Positions 50,169 to 61,115 of a stretch of DNA of 64,000 nt are shown one piece after another; positions within the stretch are counted from its first letter, which is position 1, and every line of letters starts with the position of its first letter. Both the position numbers and the translations under genes were made by a program. The notes beneath the pieces were generated by a model. The model saw only the letters and a program-made list of their open reading frames with translations. It had not been told where the DNA came from and did not search any database. The stretch covers positions 4,896,001 through 4,960,000 of the forward strand of contig OY969695.1 of NCBI GenBank assembly GCA_963701965.1. The letters are read 5' to 3'. The stretch is from an uncultured Gemmatimonadales bacterium (GTDB lineage: Bacteria > Gemmatimonadota > Gemmatimonadetes > Gemmatimonadales > Gemmatimonadaceae).

Positions 50169-50276
50169 TAGAGGAAACGGACTTCGTGTTGGTCTATTCC
50201 TAGGGGTATCAGATCATCACGGCAGGCAACGGCCTCGAGTATTGACAGCATTGGTACCGTTGCTTACAGATCTGTC

Positions 50277-50909
50277 GTGAAGGTTCCGATACCGAAGACG
50301 TCCCACCACGACACGGTCACTGGGCCGGCCCTGCGGCTGGAGTTGCCATCAGGCGAATCCGGCGGAGACGCGGAGCGACTGTCGCGCATCCGCGCAGGAG
50401 ACGTGGCGGCATTCGAGGCCGTCGTTCGTGCGCATGCGCCAGGGTTGGTGGCCTTCGCCTATAGGTACGTGCGGTCTCGCGAGCTCGCGGCCGATCTCGC
50501 CCAGGACGTATTTGCCCAGATATGGGAGCGACGGGAGTCGCTGGACGTCCGCGGGTCGATCCGCGCGTATCTCTACGGAGCCGTACGCAACCGCGCGCTC
50601 AACGCGATCCGGCGCGATTCGCTACTGTCCCGCTGGCGGGACACCGAGTCGACACGCGACCCGGCCGATGGGCGCGCGGCGCCGTCGGCGGACCGCCCGC
50701 TGGAGGAAGCCGAGCTGTTGACGGCCCTGCACGCGGCCCTGGCGTCGCTGCCGCCGCGCACGCGTGAGGTGGCGCGGCTCCGCTGGCAGGAAGAGATGAG
50801 CTACGCCGAGATCGCGACCGTCATGGAGATCACCGTGTCGACGGTGAGCAATCAACTGCTCCGCGCCGCGAAACGCATGCGGGCCCTCCTCGCCGGAGTC
50901 TGGCCCTAG
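50277..50909 (+). CDS. ECF sigma factor, FecI/PUL type (copy 2)
   Basis: GDVAAFEAV, ADLAQDVFAQIW, YLYGAVRNRALN, LPPRTREV..MSYAEIA..STVSNQL. Confidence 0.92.
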   Translation: MKVPIPKTSHHDTVTGPALRLELPSGESGGDAERLSRIRAGDVAAFEAVVRAHAPGLVAFAYRYVRSRELAADLAQDVFAQIWERRESLDVRGSIRAYLYGAVRNRALNAIRRDSLLSRWRDTESTRDPADGRAAPSADRPLEEAELLTALHAALASLPPRTREVARLRWQEEMSYAEIATVMEITVSTVSNQLLRAAKRMRALLAGVWP

Positions 50910-50921
50910 CACATCCGCGGA

Positions 50922-50950
50922 TAGTGAAGTTCTCGGGGTCGCGTGTCTCA
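50922..50950 (+). promoter_or_regulatory. Putative ECF promoter for the fecR-susC operon (copy 2)
   Basis: TAGTGA-N12-CGCGTGTCTCA; GTG start lies 34 nt after the first T, the same geometry as copy 1. Confidence 0.45.
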
Positions 50951-50955
50951 TTGAC

Positions 50956-52059
50956 GTGGACAACGAAACCCCGGACCTGAGCGACCTACCGCTCGACGTC
51001 TTCGAGCGATTCCTCGCCGGTGAGTGTACGCCGGATGAAATAGCCCGCGTGCGGACGTGGGCCGCTGGTGTCACCGGCCATGCCAATGCCGCCCATCGGA
51101 TGCGCGAGGGAATTCGGTCACTCGACGCCGAAGCGCCGGCCGCCCTCAATGTCGACGCATTCCTCTCCGGGCTGCGCACCCGACTCAATTTGGCCCCGGC
51201 CCATCGGCGCGCGGCGCCTCGGTCGCGCACCTGGACGGGAGCCCCTGGCATCGCCACGCCACAACGGACCGGCTGGCGCATCGTACGAATGGCGGCCAGT
51301 GTCGCCGCCATCGGCCTTGGTGCGCTGACGGTGTGGCGCGCGGGCTGGGTCGGACCGACGCAACCGGTCCGCAATGTCGACAGTGCGCGCGGGAGTCGCA
51401 CCACCCTCACCCTGCGGGATGGGACGCGCATCGTGCTGGGGCCGGCGACGCATCTCGAGGTGCCGGAGGACTTCGGCCGCGCGACGCGAGAGGTCACGCT
51501 TTCCGGAGAGGCGCTGTTCACGGTCGTTCACGATCCTCGGCGGCCCTTCGCCGTCAAGACCCCGCGCATGACGACGCGCGATGTCGGGACGACGTTCGCC
51601 GTACGCGCGTACGCCGACGATGCCTACGAGCGCGTCGCAGTGGTCGAGGGAGCGGTCCAGGTGGCTGGCGCATCGCTCGCGGCGCACGACGTCGCGTTGG
51701 TCGACACATCCCGGCGTGTCACCATCGAGCGGGGGACTGATGTGGCGCCGTACCTGGCGTGGACACAGGCCACGCTGGTGTTTCGAGGGACCCCGTTCCG
51801 CGAGGCTGTTCGCGAGGTGGCGCGCACGCTCGATCTCGACGTGACCATCGCCGATTCGACCATCGGTCGGCAGCTCATCACCGGGTCGTTTGGCAATCAG
51901 TCCGTGGACGAGATTCTCGAGGCCATCACGCGGGTGGCGGGCGCGCACTTCGAACGGAAAGGCCGCGTCGTCGTGATTCGGCGCGGGGTGATGCCGGTCA
52001 GCCGACATGAGTCGCCGCGGAATGTGGAGCGGGTTACCATGAATGGACGCGGGTCATGA
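50956..52059 (+). CDS. FecR-family anti-sigma/signal transducer (copy 2)
   Basis: Single TM segment; LTLRDGTRIVLGP, GEALFTV.HDPRRPF.V, VGTTFAV, LVFRGTPF. Confidence 0.93.
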   Translation: MDNETPDLSDLPLDVFERFLAGECTPDEIARVRTWAAGVTGHANAAHRMREGIRSLDAEAPAALNVDAFLSGLRTRLNLAPAHRRAAPRSRTWTGAPGIATPQRTGWRIVRMAASVAAIGLGALTVWRAGWVGPTQPVRNVDSARGSRTTLTLRDGTRIVLGPATHLEVPEDFGRATREVTLSGEALFTVVHDPRRPFAVKTPRMTTRDVGTTFAVRAYADDAYERVAVVEGAVQVAGASLAAHDVALVDTSRRVTIERGTDVAPYLAWTQATLVFRGTPFREAVREVARTLDLDVTIADSTIGRQLITGSFGNQSVDEILEAITRVAGAHFERKGRVVVIRRGVMPVSRHESPRNVERVTMNGRGS

Positions 52060-55000
52060 GGTGGATTGGCACAGGCGGCGCGCTCATCGCGGCGTCGATC
52101 GCCTCGCAGTCGGCGCCCGCCCGAGCACAAGTCGTCCCGTCGTCGCTCGCGACGAGTGGGCAGCAGTGGCACCAGAACACCGACGTGCTCGCGAGGCGCA
52201 TCGCGCTCAAACTGGACCACGTAGCGCTGGCGGCGGCCCTGGATACGATCGCCTCCCGGGCGCACGCCCGCGTGGTCTATAGCTGGAGTGTGGTGCCGGT
52301 TTCGCAGACGGTGTCCTTGGTGGCGGACGCCATCACCGTGGAGGACGCGTTGACGCTCGTGCTGCGTCGGACCGGCGTGAAAGCCGTCGCCGGCACGAGC
52401 GAGACGATCATGCTGGTGAAGGACGAGGATCCCCGCTCCAGCAGCCCGGACACCGGAGCGCACGCGGAGGTGCTGGTGCGCGTGATGAACGATACGACGA
52501 CGCAACCGCTTGCGGGCGCCGTCGTGGGGCTCAAGGGGACCGACAAGCAAGAGATCACCGACGATCGGGGGTATGCCGCTCTCCTGCGCGTCCCGGCGGG
52601 ACTCCGGGTGATTACGGTGCGCTACCTCGGCTACACGCCCGATGAACGACGCATCGTCGCGCCTGACACCGGCTTCGTGACCGTCACCTTCGCGCTCAAG
52701 ATGGGAGCGGCGCACCTCCAGGAGATCGTCACGACCGCGACTGGCCCGCGCCGTCGCTACGAGCTGTCGAATGACATCACGATCCTGAATGCCGACTCGA
52801 TCGTCCGCAACGAACCGATCTCGAACGTCACCCAGATTCTCGATGGTCGTGTCCCCGGTCTGACGGTCCAGCATACATCGGGCGCGCCGGGCGATCCGAG
52901 CCGCTTGCGCCTCCGCGGGGTCAGTAGTGCGCTCGAGTCGAATGACCCAATCGTCATCGTCGATAACGTGCGGGTCTATGCCGCGCAGTCCGACTCGTTG
53001 AGCGGGAACCTCGCGGCTCTCCACAGTGCGGTGCTGCCGGGCATTCTCGGCATCCCCGGCGCCGCTAATACGAGTGTCGGGTCGACAGCCGGGGCCCCGT
53101 CGCCGCTCGATCAGATCGACCCAGGGAGCATCGAGACCATCGAGGTGCTGAAGGGACCTTCCGCCGCCACGCTGTATGGTCCCGATGCCGCAAATGGCGT
53201 CATCGTCATCACAACGAAGAAGGGTCACGCGGGTCCCGCGCGTTGGACGGCTGATGCGTCGCACGGGACATCGTCGATCCCCGGACAATATCCCGTGGGG
53301 TACTATCGGTTCGGCGTCGGCTCGGCAACCGATGACGTCAGGCTTTGTCCGTTGAGCGACCCCAGTTGCACGGCCGATAGTCTTGTGCGTTTCCAAGCGC
53401 TCAACCATTCCCAGTACTCCATTCTCCGGAGTGGCGTGACGAACACTGGGAACGTCGGTGTCTCGGGCGGCAGCGAGGCGCTGACGTACGCCGTCAACGG
53501 GAGTATTGACGACGAACAAGGGGTGGTGAACATGCCACCGTCCGAGATGGCTCTCTACCGGTCCATGCACGATGGCGATCAGCCACTCGGGTGGATGATC
53601 CATCCCGAGCAGCTGTCGCGATGGAGCGCCACGTCTCGCCTGGCTGCGAAGCTGAGCGATCGTGCCGATGTGTCGCTCTCGGTGATGTTGACGCACGAAA
53701 ACCAACAGCGATCCGATCTCGAGAGCGAACTGGCCCCGCTCATGACCACCTACATCGATCGCAAGAACAACCTGTACTGGCAGGCCAATGGGTCAGGATT
53801 GAGTCCGGTGAGCGACCCCCTGGCAGATGCGTCGCAGCGCGTCACCGACGATGCCACGAATTTCACGAACTCCGCCAGTTTCAGTTGGCGTCCGTTGAAC
53901 TGGCTCACGACTAGTGCCAGTGTGGGGCTCAACGTCATCAGTCGGCAGGATGACGCCCTGGTTCCACAGGGTGTGCAGGCAATCAATACGAACAACGAGC
54001 AAACGAACGCCGACAGCGGCGGCACGCTCACCACCGCGCACGGATCAACAACGCAAACCACGGTCAACATGCAGGTCGAGGGTAATGTGCCGCTGTTCGG
54101 CGGCCTCCGCATGCAGTTGGCCACGGGAGCGAATTACAGCGCTGCGGCGGTATCAACTATTACGACATCGGCGATCGGTCTCCTCCCGGGCAGCAACTCG
54201 CTCGTGGGCGCGCAGGCCATCAGGTTGGCCACGCAAGCCTCGAACAACCAAACCAGTTACGGCTGGTACCTGGCGCCGGACTTCATGTACCGGCACTTCG
54301 TCATCAATACCGGTCTGCGCCTCGATCAGAGTACATTGTTCGGCAAGAACGCCCATCAGCCGCTCTTCCCGAAGCTTGGCGTGTCGTGGCTCCTCTCCGA
54401 AGAGCGGTTCTTTCCGTTCAAGAAACTGTTCGACGCCTTCCGCGTGCGCGGGGCGTACGGGCAGGCGGGCGTCTGGCCGTCGCCACAGCAACAACTGCGC
54501 CTCTACCAGTCATTCAATCCGTTCCTCGACGGTGGCTTCCAGTCAGCGACCCAGCTCACCACCATTGGCAACAGTCAACTACGGCCGGAGCGGTCGGAGG
54601 AGTTCGAGGGCGGTGTCGACGCCGACCTGCTTCACGACTGGGTGTCGGTCGAATTCAGTGGCTATCGAAAGATGCGCTATGACGCGATCCTGAACGTGCC
54701 GGTCGCGCCGTCTGTGTTCGCCAACCAGTCGATCGCCGAAAACATTGGGGAGATCCGCAACACCGGCGTCGAAGCGACTCTAATCACGCAGCTCCTTCGC
54801 ACCGATCCGGTCTCGTGGAACGTGGCGGTCAATCTGAGCCGTAACTACAACGTGGTCGTGCGACTCGGTCCGGGCGTCCTGCCATTCGGCACGGACGACG
54901 CGCGCGTTCAGGCCGGATATCCGCTCTTCAGTCGGTTTGCGCGGCCCATCCTGGCGTACACGGATGCGAATCACGACGGCATCATCGAGCCGGACGAGGT

Positions 55001-55508
55001 GCTCGTCGGTGACTCGCTGGTCTATATGGGCGCGAGCGATCCGAGCTACACCGTCGGGATGCACAGCCAGATGTCCTTTTTTCGAGGCGCGGTGTCCGTG
55101 TCGGCCGACTTCGAGTACCAGGCCGGCCTGACGCAGCTCAACGGACCGCTGGGATCGGCTGGACAGTTGGTGTTCTCGCCGGGGAGCAGTGACCCGCACG
55201 CGCCGTTCTCGGAGCAGGCGGCCGCCGCTGTGTTGAACGAGACGGACTATGGAGCCATTCAGCGCGTGAGCACGTTCCGATTCCAGAGCCTCTCGGTCGC
55301 CTACCACCTCCCGAGGACAGTCGCGCGCTGGCTCATGCGAGCGGCGGATGTGTCGGTGGCGCTCCAGGGCACGAATCTCGGGTTGTTCACGAACTACAAG
55401 GGAAAGGACCCAGACGTGAACACGTACTCGACGGGCAATCAACTCATCAATGGCGGTGTCGTGCCGCAACCGCGCGTGTGGATCGTCAGAGTCAATGCGG
55501 CGTACTGA
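52056..55508 (+). CDS. SusC/RagA-like TonB-dependent transporter with N-terminal signalling domain (copy 2)
   Basis: Signal peptide ending ARA-Q; same plug signature IEVLKGPSAATLYGPDAANGVIVITTKKG; same C-terminus WIVRVNAAY. Confidence 0.93.
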   Translation: MRWIGTGGALIAASIASQSAPARAQVVPSSLATSGQQWHQNTDVLARRIALKLDHVALAAALDTIASRAHARVVYSWSVVPVSQTVSLVADAITVEDALTLVLRRTGVKAVAGTSETIMLVKDEDPRSSSPDTGAHAEVLVRVMNDTTTQPLAGAVVGLKGTDKQEITDDRGYAALLRVPAGLRVITVRYLGYTPDERRIVAPDTGFVTVTFALKMGAAHLQEIVTTATGPRRRYELSNDITILNADSIVRNEPISNVTQILDGRVPGLTVQHTSGAPGDPSRLRLRGVSSALESNDPIVIVDNVRVYAAQSDSLSGNLAALHSAVLPGILGIPGAANTSVGSTAGAPSPLDQIDPGSIETIEVLKGPSAATLYGPDAANGVIVITTKKGHAGPARWTADASHGTSSIPGQYPVGYYRFGVGSATDDVRLCPLSDPSCTADSLVRFQALNHSQYSILRSGVTNTGNVGVSGGSEALTYAVNGSIDDEQGVVNMPPSEMALYRSMHDGDQPLGWMIHPEQLSRWSATSRLAAKLSDRADVSLSVMLTHENQQRSDLESELAPLMTTYIDRKNNLYWQANGSGLSPVSDPLADASQRVTDDATNFTNSASFSWRPLNWLTTSASVGLNVISRQDDALVPQGVQAINTNNEQTNADSGGTLTTAHGSTTQTTVNMQVEGNVPLFGGLRMQLATGANYSAAAVSTITTSAIGLLPGSNSLVGAQAIRLATQASNNQTSYGWYLAPDFMYRHFVINTGLRLDQSTLFGKNAHQPLFPKLGVSWLLSEERFFPFKKLFDAFRVRGAYGQAGVWPSPQQQLRLYQSFNPFLDGGFQSATQLTTIGNSQLRPERSEEFEGGVDADLLHDWVSVEFSGYRKMRYDAILNVPVAPSVFANQSIAENIGEIRNTGVEATLITQLLRTDPVSWNVAVNLSRNYNVVVRLGPGVLPFGTDDARVQAGYPLFSRFARPILAYTDANHDGIIEPDEVLVGDSLVYMGASDPSYTVGMHSQMSFFRGAVSVSADFEYQAGLTQLNGPLGSAGQLVFSPGSSDPHAPFSEQAAAAVLNETDYGAIQRVSTFRFQSLSVAYHLPRTVARWLMRAADVSVALQGTNLGLFTNYKGKDPDVNTYSTGNQLINGGVVPQPRVWIVRVNAAY

Positions 55509-56997
55509 GCGCCAGGTGTCGACGATACGCGTCGCCTCGCCTGCCGTGCAGATCATCGTGCGGCTCGTCTACGGATCGCTGTTCGCCGGCCTGGCGGCGT
55601 GTCAGGTCGCCACCGATCCGCTCCCGGCCGGTGTCCCCGATCCCAGCACGACGCGCACTCCGTCGGGTGCGCAAGACGTCTACGAAGGTGCTCTGGCCAC
55701 GCTGCGCAACGCCTTTGCGGGCGCGGGAGATGCGTTCGTGCCGACCACCGGGTTGCTCACCGATGAACTCGAAACAGGTGACATTGGCGAGCTGTCGTTG
55801 ATCACACCGGGAACGGTGGTCGACAGCCGAATCTTGCCAGAGTACACGGGCACGGGCACGGACAACGTCACCCCCAGCACGATCGTCGAAATCTATGGTC
55901 TCTTGCAGAATACGCGCGCCGAGGCTCGACAAGCCCGTGGGTACCTCCATGCCTATGCGCCGCAAGCGCCCAAGGCGCTGACTGGGCATATGTATGCCGT
56001 CGAAGGCTATGCCGACGTGTTCCTCGCCGACCTATTCTGCTCGGGCGTCCCACTCAGCACGCTCGATTTCGGCAAGGATTTCACGTACCAGCCCGGATCG
56101 TCGACGCAAGATGTGTATGAGCGCGCGGTCACGTACTTCGACTCCGCGCTGACGCTGGTCGCCGACAGCAACCGTATTCTCAATCTGGCGCGGATGGGGA
56201 AGGGACGGGCCCTCCTGGCGCTTGGTCAGTACGCTCAGGCCGCCGCCGCGGTCGCCCAAGTGCCCGACGGCTACCAGTACGCGCTGCAGTTCAATGGGAC
56301 GGCTACATCAACTAGTGGCGGCGCCCCCATGTCCAACCAGAACTTCGTGACCCCGACCTTCAATGCTGGCTATGCCCCTGGAATCGGAGGGCTCACGATG
56401 GTGGATCGAGAAGGCGGAAACGGTCTTCCCTTTCTCTCGAGGGGCGATCCGCGCTCCGTAGGGACGGCGAACGGGTTCAACGACTTCGGGGTCCCAATGT
56501 TCCGACCGCTGATGTACGACATCACCGGAGACAGCCCGGTGATCATGGCCAGCGGGATCGAAGCGCGACTGATCGCCGCCGAGGCGGCGCTCCAAGCGGG
56601 TGGCAACGGTTGGCTGACGACGTTGAACACCCTGCGGACCGACGGCACGCTTGCGACGCAGCCGGATGGCACCGATCCGACCAAGACCGACACGGTATGG
56701 AATGCCGGCAGCGGCGGCGTCGCGGGACTGGCGCCGCTCCGTGATCCGGGCACCGTGCCCGCCCGCGTGACGATGCTGTTCACGGAACGCGCCTACTGGT
56801 TGTTTCTCACGGGCCATCGTCAGGGCGATCTGCGCCGTCTCATTCGGCAGTACGGTCGCGCCGAGACGCTGGTGTATCCGGTCGGAGCGTACACGGGGGC
56901 CTTCGACGCCTATGGCACTGACGTGACCGCACCCATTCCCGGCGCCGAGCGGCTCAGCAATCCGCTGTTCAAGGGCTGCCGCAGCCGAGGAGCCTGA
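55495..56997 (+). CDS. SusD/RagB-like lipoprotein (copy 2; start could be a GTG at ~55546-55558)
   Basis: Lipobox LAAC; paralog of 40395-41867. Confidence 0.82.
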   Translation: MRRTERQVSTIRVASPAVQIIVRLVYGSLFAGLAACQVATDPLPAGVPDPSTTRTPSGAQDVYEGALATLRNAFAGAGDAFVPTTGLLTDELETGDIGELSLITPGTVVDSRILPEYTGTGTDNVTPSTIVEIYGLLQNTRAEARQARGYLHAYAPQAPKALTGHMYAVEGYADVFLADLFCSGVPLSTLDFGKDFTYQPGSSTQDVYERAVTYFDSALTLVADSNRILNLARMGKGRALLALGQYAQAAAAVAQVPDGYQYALQFNGTATSTSGGAPMSNQNFVTPTFNAGYAPGIGGLTMVDREGGNGLPFLSRGDPRSVGTANGFNDFGVPMFRPLMYDITGDSPVIMASGIEARLIAAEAALQAGGNGWLTTLNTLRTDGTLATQPDGTDPTKTDTVWNAGSGGVAGLAPLRDPGTVPARVTMLFTERAYWLFLTGHRQGDLRRLIRQYGRAETLVYPVGAYTGAFDAYGTDVTAPIPGAERLSNPLFKGCRSRGA

Positions 56998-57002
56998 CTG
57001 CC

Positions 57003-58044
57003 ATGGCCTGGCGTCCGCCGTCACCCAATCACCTGGTCGCGATGCTTGCGCTCACCGTCGCGGCGTGCGCGACCGATACGCCGTATGCGCCGCCACCGGT
57101 GACGGATCCCACGAAACTCTACTGGTCACTGACGCTCAATCATCGGGCCGTCTTGCTTTCAACGGTGGCGCCGTACGACACCATTCGACTGGTCGCCACG
57201 CCGCGGACCATCAAGGGCGTTCCCATCGCGGGGCTTCCGGCGCCCACGTTCACGTCGCTTGACCTGCAGAACGTGCAAGTCAGCACCACGGGGCTGGTAC
57301 ACGCCATTGGCACGGGCACGCAATTCACCGTGGTCGTGTCAATGTCGGTCGGCAATGACACGCATGCGGACACGGCGATCATCAATGTCACCGACACGAC
57401 GCCGCCACCCGTGCTCAGCCGGTTCACGATTCATCCGGGATCCGGAGACAGCGCGAAGACGGCCGCCGATATCGAAGTGTCCATTCCCGGGGTGGGGATC
57501 GATCCCGTCGGAGACACCATCCAGAATCTCTCCATCTACTACGCGACCGCAGATTCCAACGTCGCGAACATCAGTCGCGCCGGGGTGCTGACACCGAACC
57601 GACCAGGTCATGTGACGGTGTATGCGACGACGACGGCGTACGGGATCACGAAGGTGGATACGCTGCCGTACACGATCGGGTATTCCATCTTCGCCGGGAT
57701 CCAAATCGCAGCGGAGCCCAACGCCGCCGGCAAAACCGTCGGCGTGTTTACGCCGAGCAGTGTTCTCGTCGGTCCGGGGGCCACCATCATTTTCGAGAAT
57801 CTGTCCGGTCCACTCACGGACGTCACGTTCAATGATCCGACGCACGTCATGCAGAGATGACGCCGCCTGCGCCGAGCATGTGTGGTGGTGTGGCTCCGGC
57901 AACATTCCGGCGTTCGCCAACGATCCCACCGACACGACCGGTTCGAAGCAGGATCGCATTCGCGTATTCCCCGTCCCGGGCACGTACAAGTTCCACAGCA
58001 CGATCTCCGGATCCTCCGGCTCGGTCGTCGTGATGAAACAATGA
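57003..58044 (+). pseudogene. Ig plus cupredoxin-like lipoprotein (copy 2), +1 frameshift at ~57855
   Basis: ATGCAG-A-GATGAC here versus ATGCAGGATGAC in copy 1; the C-terminus continues in ORF 57622-58044. Confidence 0.78.
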
Positions 58045-59673
58045 GTGCGCATTCGATGGACTCGTTCCTCACACGGCGTGGTTTCCTCAGAACCAGCGCC
58101 ATGGCGGCGGCGGTGGCCGCGGTGCCCAGCCGTATCGTGCGAGGAGTCCCCGAGGCGAGAGCTATTCCACCGATCGAGGATCCACGCACCGCCGAGTTGG
58201 CCGCGCGCGGGCTCGAGAGCGCGCGCGGCACCGGCGCGGGCTACGCCGACGTCCGTCTGACTCACACCCGGACGCGACGATTCCAAGCGATCGTCGTCGA
58301 GGACGAGGAGGACATGGAGGTCGGCGTACGCGCGCTCGTGGACGGGTACTGGGGATTCGCCAGCGGACCCGTGTGGAGCCCGGACGAGATGGCGCGCCTC
58401 GGTCGCGAGGCCGTGCATCAAGCCAAAGTCAATACCCTCGGCAAGCCGCGCAATGTGACCCTAGCGTCGGCGGCGGTCGTGCAGAGCGCGCACTGGGCCA
58501 CACCGGTCCAGATCGATCCGTTTGGGTTGTCGCCATTCGAGATTCAGGACTATCTCGCCGCCATGCAGATCTGGACCGAGGAGTACGGCATTCAGGGGGT
58601 GGTCAGTCAGATGTACGCCGTCGTCCAGGATGTAGCCTTCTCGTCGACGATCGGGAGCTATTGCACACAGCGCCGATACTGGACGGAGGGGACGTTGTCT
58701 GGCGCGGTGCGCGTCGGCAACGAGCGGGGCGGGGTCTCGCTGGCGTGCCTTTCGCGGGCGGGTATGGGGTGGGAGCTGTTCACCGCCGATCGCATCCCGC
58801 GCGTGCGCGATCACGCCTTGCGCGACGAGGTCCGCCTCCGCGCGGAGGAGGCGCGCGCGCTCCTTCGCCTGCCGCTCAAGCCCATCAATGTCGGGCGCTA
58901 CGATGCCGCCGTCGACGCCACGAGCATGGCGCGAGTAGTCAATGCGACGCTCGGTCGCGCCACCGAGTTGGACCGTGCACTCGGGTACGAAGCCAATGCG
59001 GGCGGCACCAGCTATCTGTCGGATCCATTGGGGATGATCGGACACTACCAGGCCGGCGCTCCCCTGTTGACCGTGACGGGCAATCGATCGGAATCCGGTG
59101 GGGCCGCTACGGTGCGGTGGGACGACGAGGGGGTGGCCCCGGACGATTTCTTGCTCGTCAAGAACGGCGTCCTCACCGACTTCCAGACCACGCGCGAAAG
59201 CGCGACATGGATGGGCGGGTCAGCCGTCGGCGACCGGTGCCCACGCGCGGTCACACGGGTGTGCCAATGCGCCCTCGGCGGTGTACGCCGCCATGACCCA
59301 CACGCCAAACCTCGTCATGGCGCCGGGGGCGTCCGGGGACTTCGAGACAATGGTCAGTAGCGTGACCAATGGTCTGGCCATCTCGGGGGCCAATCTCGAG
59401 ATGGACTTTCAAGTGGCAACCGGGTTCGGGACGGGGACGGTCGTTGCCGTCAAGCAGGGGAAGCGGGTGGCGCGCTTATCGGGTGCGGGGTTCCTGTTCC
59501 GATCGACCGAGTTCTGGAAATCACTCGTGGCGATCGGCGGCGAGACGTCGCTGCGCCGGGTGGGCCTGGCAGCGCAGAAGGGTGAGCCGCCGCAGCTGTG
59601 TTATCACAGCGTCACGGCGCCGCCCGCGGTCGTCAAGGGGCTCACGCTCATCGACCCGTTGAGGAAAGCATGA
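58041..59673 (+). pseudogene. Tat-signal TldD-family protein (copy 2), +1 frameshift near 59214
   Basis: TRRGFL Tat motif; split between ORFs 57882-59360 and 59098-59673; collinear with copy 1. Confidence 0.8.
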
Positions 59674-61115
59674 GCCGGGGACGTGATCGATTGATTCGAC
59701 TCAATGACGCGGATCGGATCCTGTCTCGCGAGGAATGCGCGCGCATCGCCCGCCGGACCTTCGATTTCGCGCGCGGCGGCGGAGAGTGCCGCATCGGGAT
59801 CTTCTCGTGGTGGAACGGTGAGCTGCGGTGGGCGCGCAATCGCGTGGCGCTGGCCAGTGATCGCCGGGACATCCGGATCGAGGTCGGCCGGTTCGTCGGC
59901 GTGGGGCAAGGCCAGGCGACGACGAACCAGCTCGACAATGAGTCGCTCGAGTCCGCGGTGCGGGCCGCGGAGCGGAACGCCCGGCACTTTCCACTCATTC
60001 TGCGTCGCCCAATGCTGCTCCCGCCCATTCCCGTGGCCGCGCCCCCGCAGACAGCGATCTGGAGCGACGCGACGTATGCCGTGACGCCGGAAGTGCGGGG
60101 CGAGGTGGCGCGGACGCTGGTGGCGAACGCGGAAGCGAAGGGGATGCAGTCGGCGGGGTACATCGAAATGCGCGCGGGCGCGCAGACGCTCCTGAGCTCG
60201 GAGCGGATGGACGCGCCGGCGCCGTGGGACGTCCCCTACGCGGCGTGGACACAGGCGCAATGCTCAATGACGGTGCGGAGCCCGGACGGTACGGGGTCGG
60301 GCTGGGCGGGTCTTTCGGGCCATGACTGGGCGCGGATCGATGGCGCCGGGCTGGCGCAGCGTGCGCTCGACAAGTGTCTCACCTCGCAGCATCCGGTGAC
60401 GCTCGAACCCGGGCGGTACACGGTGATCCTGGAGCCGCAGGCCGTCGCCGATTTGTGGGAGCTGGTCGTGGACTCTATGCCGCGGGTTATCGCGGAGATG
60501 GGCCAGGGGCCCTGGGCGTTGGCGCCGGACGAGGCGCTCAACCTGTGGCGCACGAAACTGGGGCTCAAGGTCATGGACGAACGCATCACGGTGGACCACG
60601 ACCCGGCGGACCCGGAACTGGGTATCGTGCCCTCGGCGTGGATGGAGCCCGTGCGCTGGATCGATCGCGGCGTGCTGACGACGCTCGCGTACGATCGGGA
60701 CTATGCGCTGGCGAACTTGAAAACCAACGCGCCACGGCGGGGGATGGTGGGGTACCGCATGAGTGGCGGCGAGACCTCGATGGAGGAGATGATTCGGACC
60801 ACCACGCGCGGATTGCTCGTCACCCGGCTCTCGAATGTGCGACTGTTGGATCAGACCAGTCTTCTGGCCACGGGGTTGACCCGGGATGGGCTGTGGTTGA
60901 TCGAGCATGGCCAGATCTCGAAGGCCGTCAAGAATCTGCGCTTCACCGAATCTCCGTTGTTCGCGTTCTCGAGCATCGAGCAGCTTGGGGTTCCGGTGCC
61001 GGTGTTCCGCCCGGTCAAGGACCCGTATGAGCAATTCGCGCCGTTGACCCCGGCGATCGTGCCGGCGCTCAAGGTGCGCGACTTCTCCTTCACGTCGACG
61101 ATCGATGCGATATAA
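59670..61115 (+). CDS. TldE/PmbA-family protein (copy 2, intact, no signal peptide)
   Basis: ATGA overlap; DGTGSGWA, EPGRYTVILEPQAV, IDRGVL, TGLTRDG, AVKNLRFTES. Confidence 0.88.
   Translation: MSRGRDRLIRLNDADRILSREECARIARRTFDFARGGGECRIGIFSWWNGELRWARNRVALASDRRDIRIEVGRFVGVGQGQATTNQLDNESLESAVRAAERNARHFPLILRRPMLLPPIPVAAPPQTAIWSDATYAVTPEVRGEVARTLVANAEAKGMQSAGYIEMRAGAQTLLSSERMDAPAPWDVPYAAWTQAQCSMTVRSPDGTGSGWAGLSGHDWARIDGAGLAQRALDKCLTSQHPVTLEPGRYTVILEPQAVADLWELVVDSMPRVIAEMGQGPWALAPDEALNLWRTKLGLKVMDERITVDHDPADPELGIVPSAWMEPVRWIDRGVLTTLAYDRDYALANLKTNAPRRGMVGYRMSGGETSMEEMIRTTTRGLLVTRLSNVRLLDQTSLLATGLTRDGLWLIEHGQISKAVKNLRFTESPLFAFSSIEQLGVPVPVFRPVKDPYEQFAPLTPAIVPALKVRDFSFTSTIDAI

Noticed and set aside
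50201..50230. Third copy of the sigma-1 promoter (TAGGGG) upstream of sigma 2
   Set aside because: The downstream CGCCGGTATGT box is absent at the required spacing
50242..50271. Sigma70 promoter for sigma 2 (TTGACA at 50242)
   Set aside because: The -35 is perfect but the -10 at 17 nt (TACAGA) lacks the conserved final T; too weak to call
44870..59230. Programmed ribosomal frameshifting or phase-variable tracts
   Set aside because: No slippery heptamers or long homopolymers at the indels, and the paralog is in frame at each site
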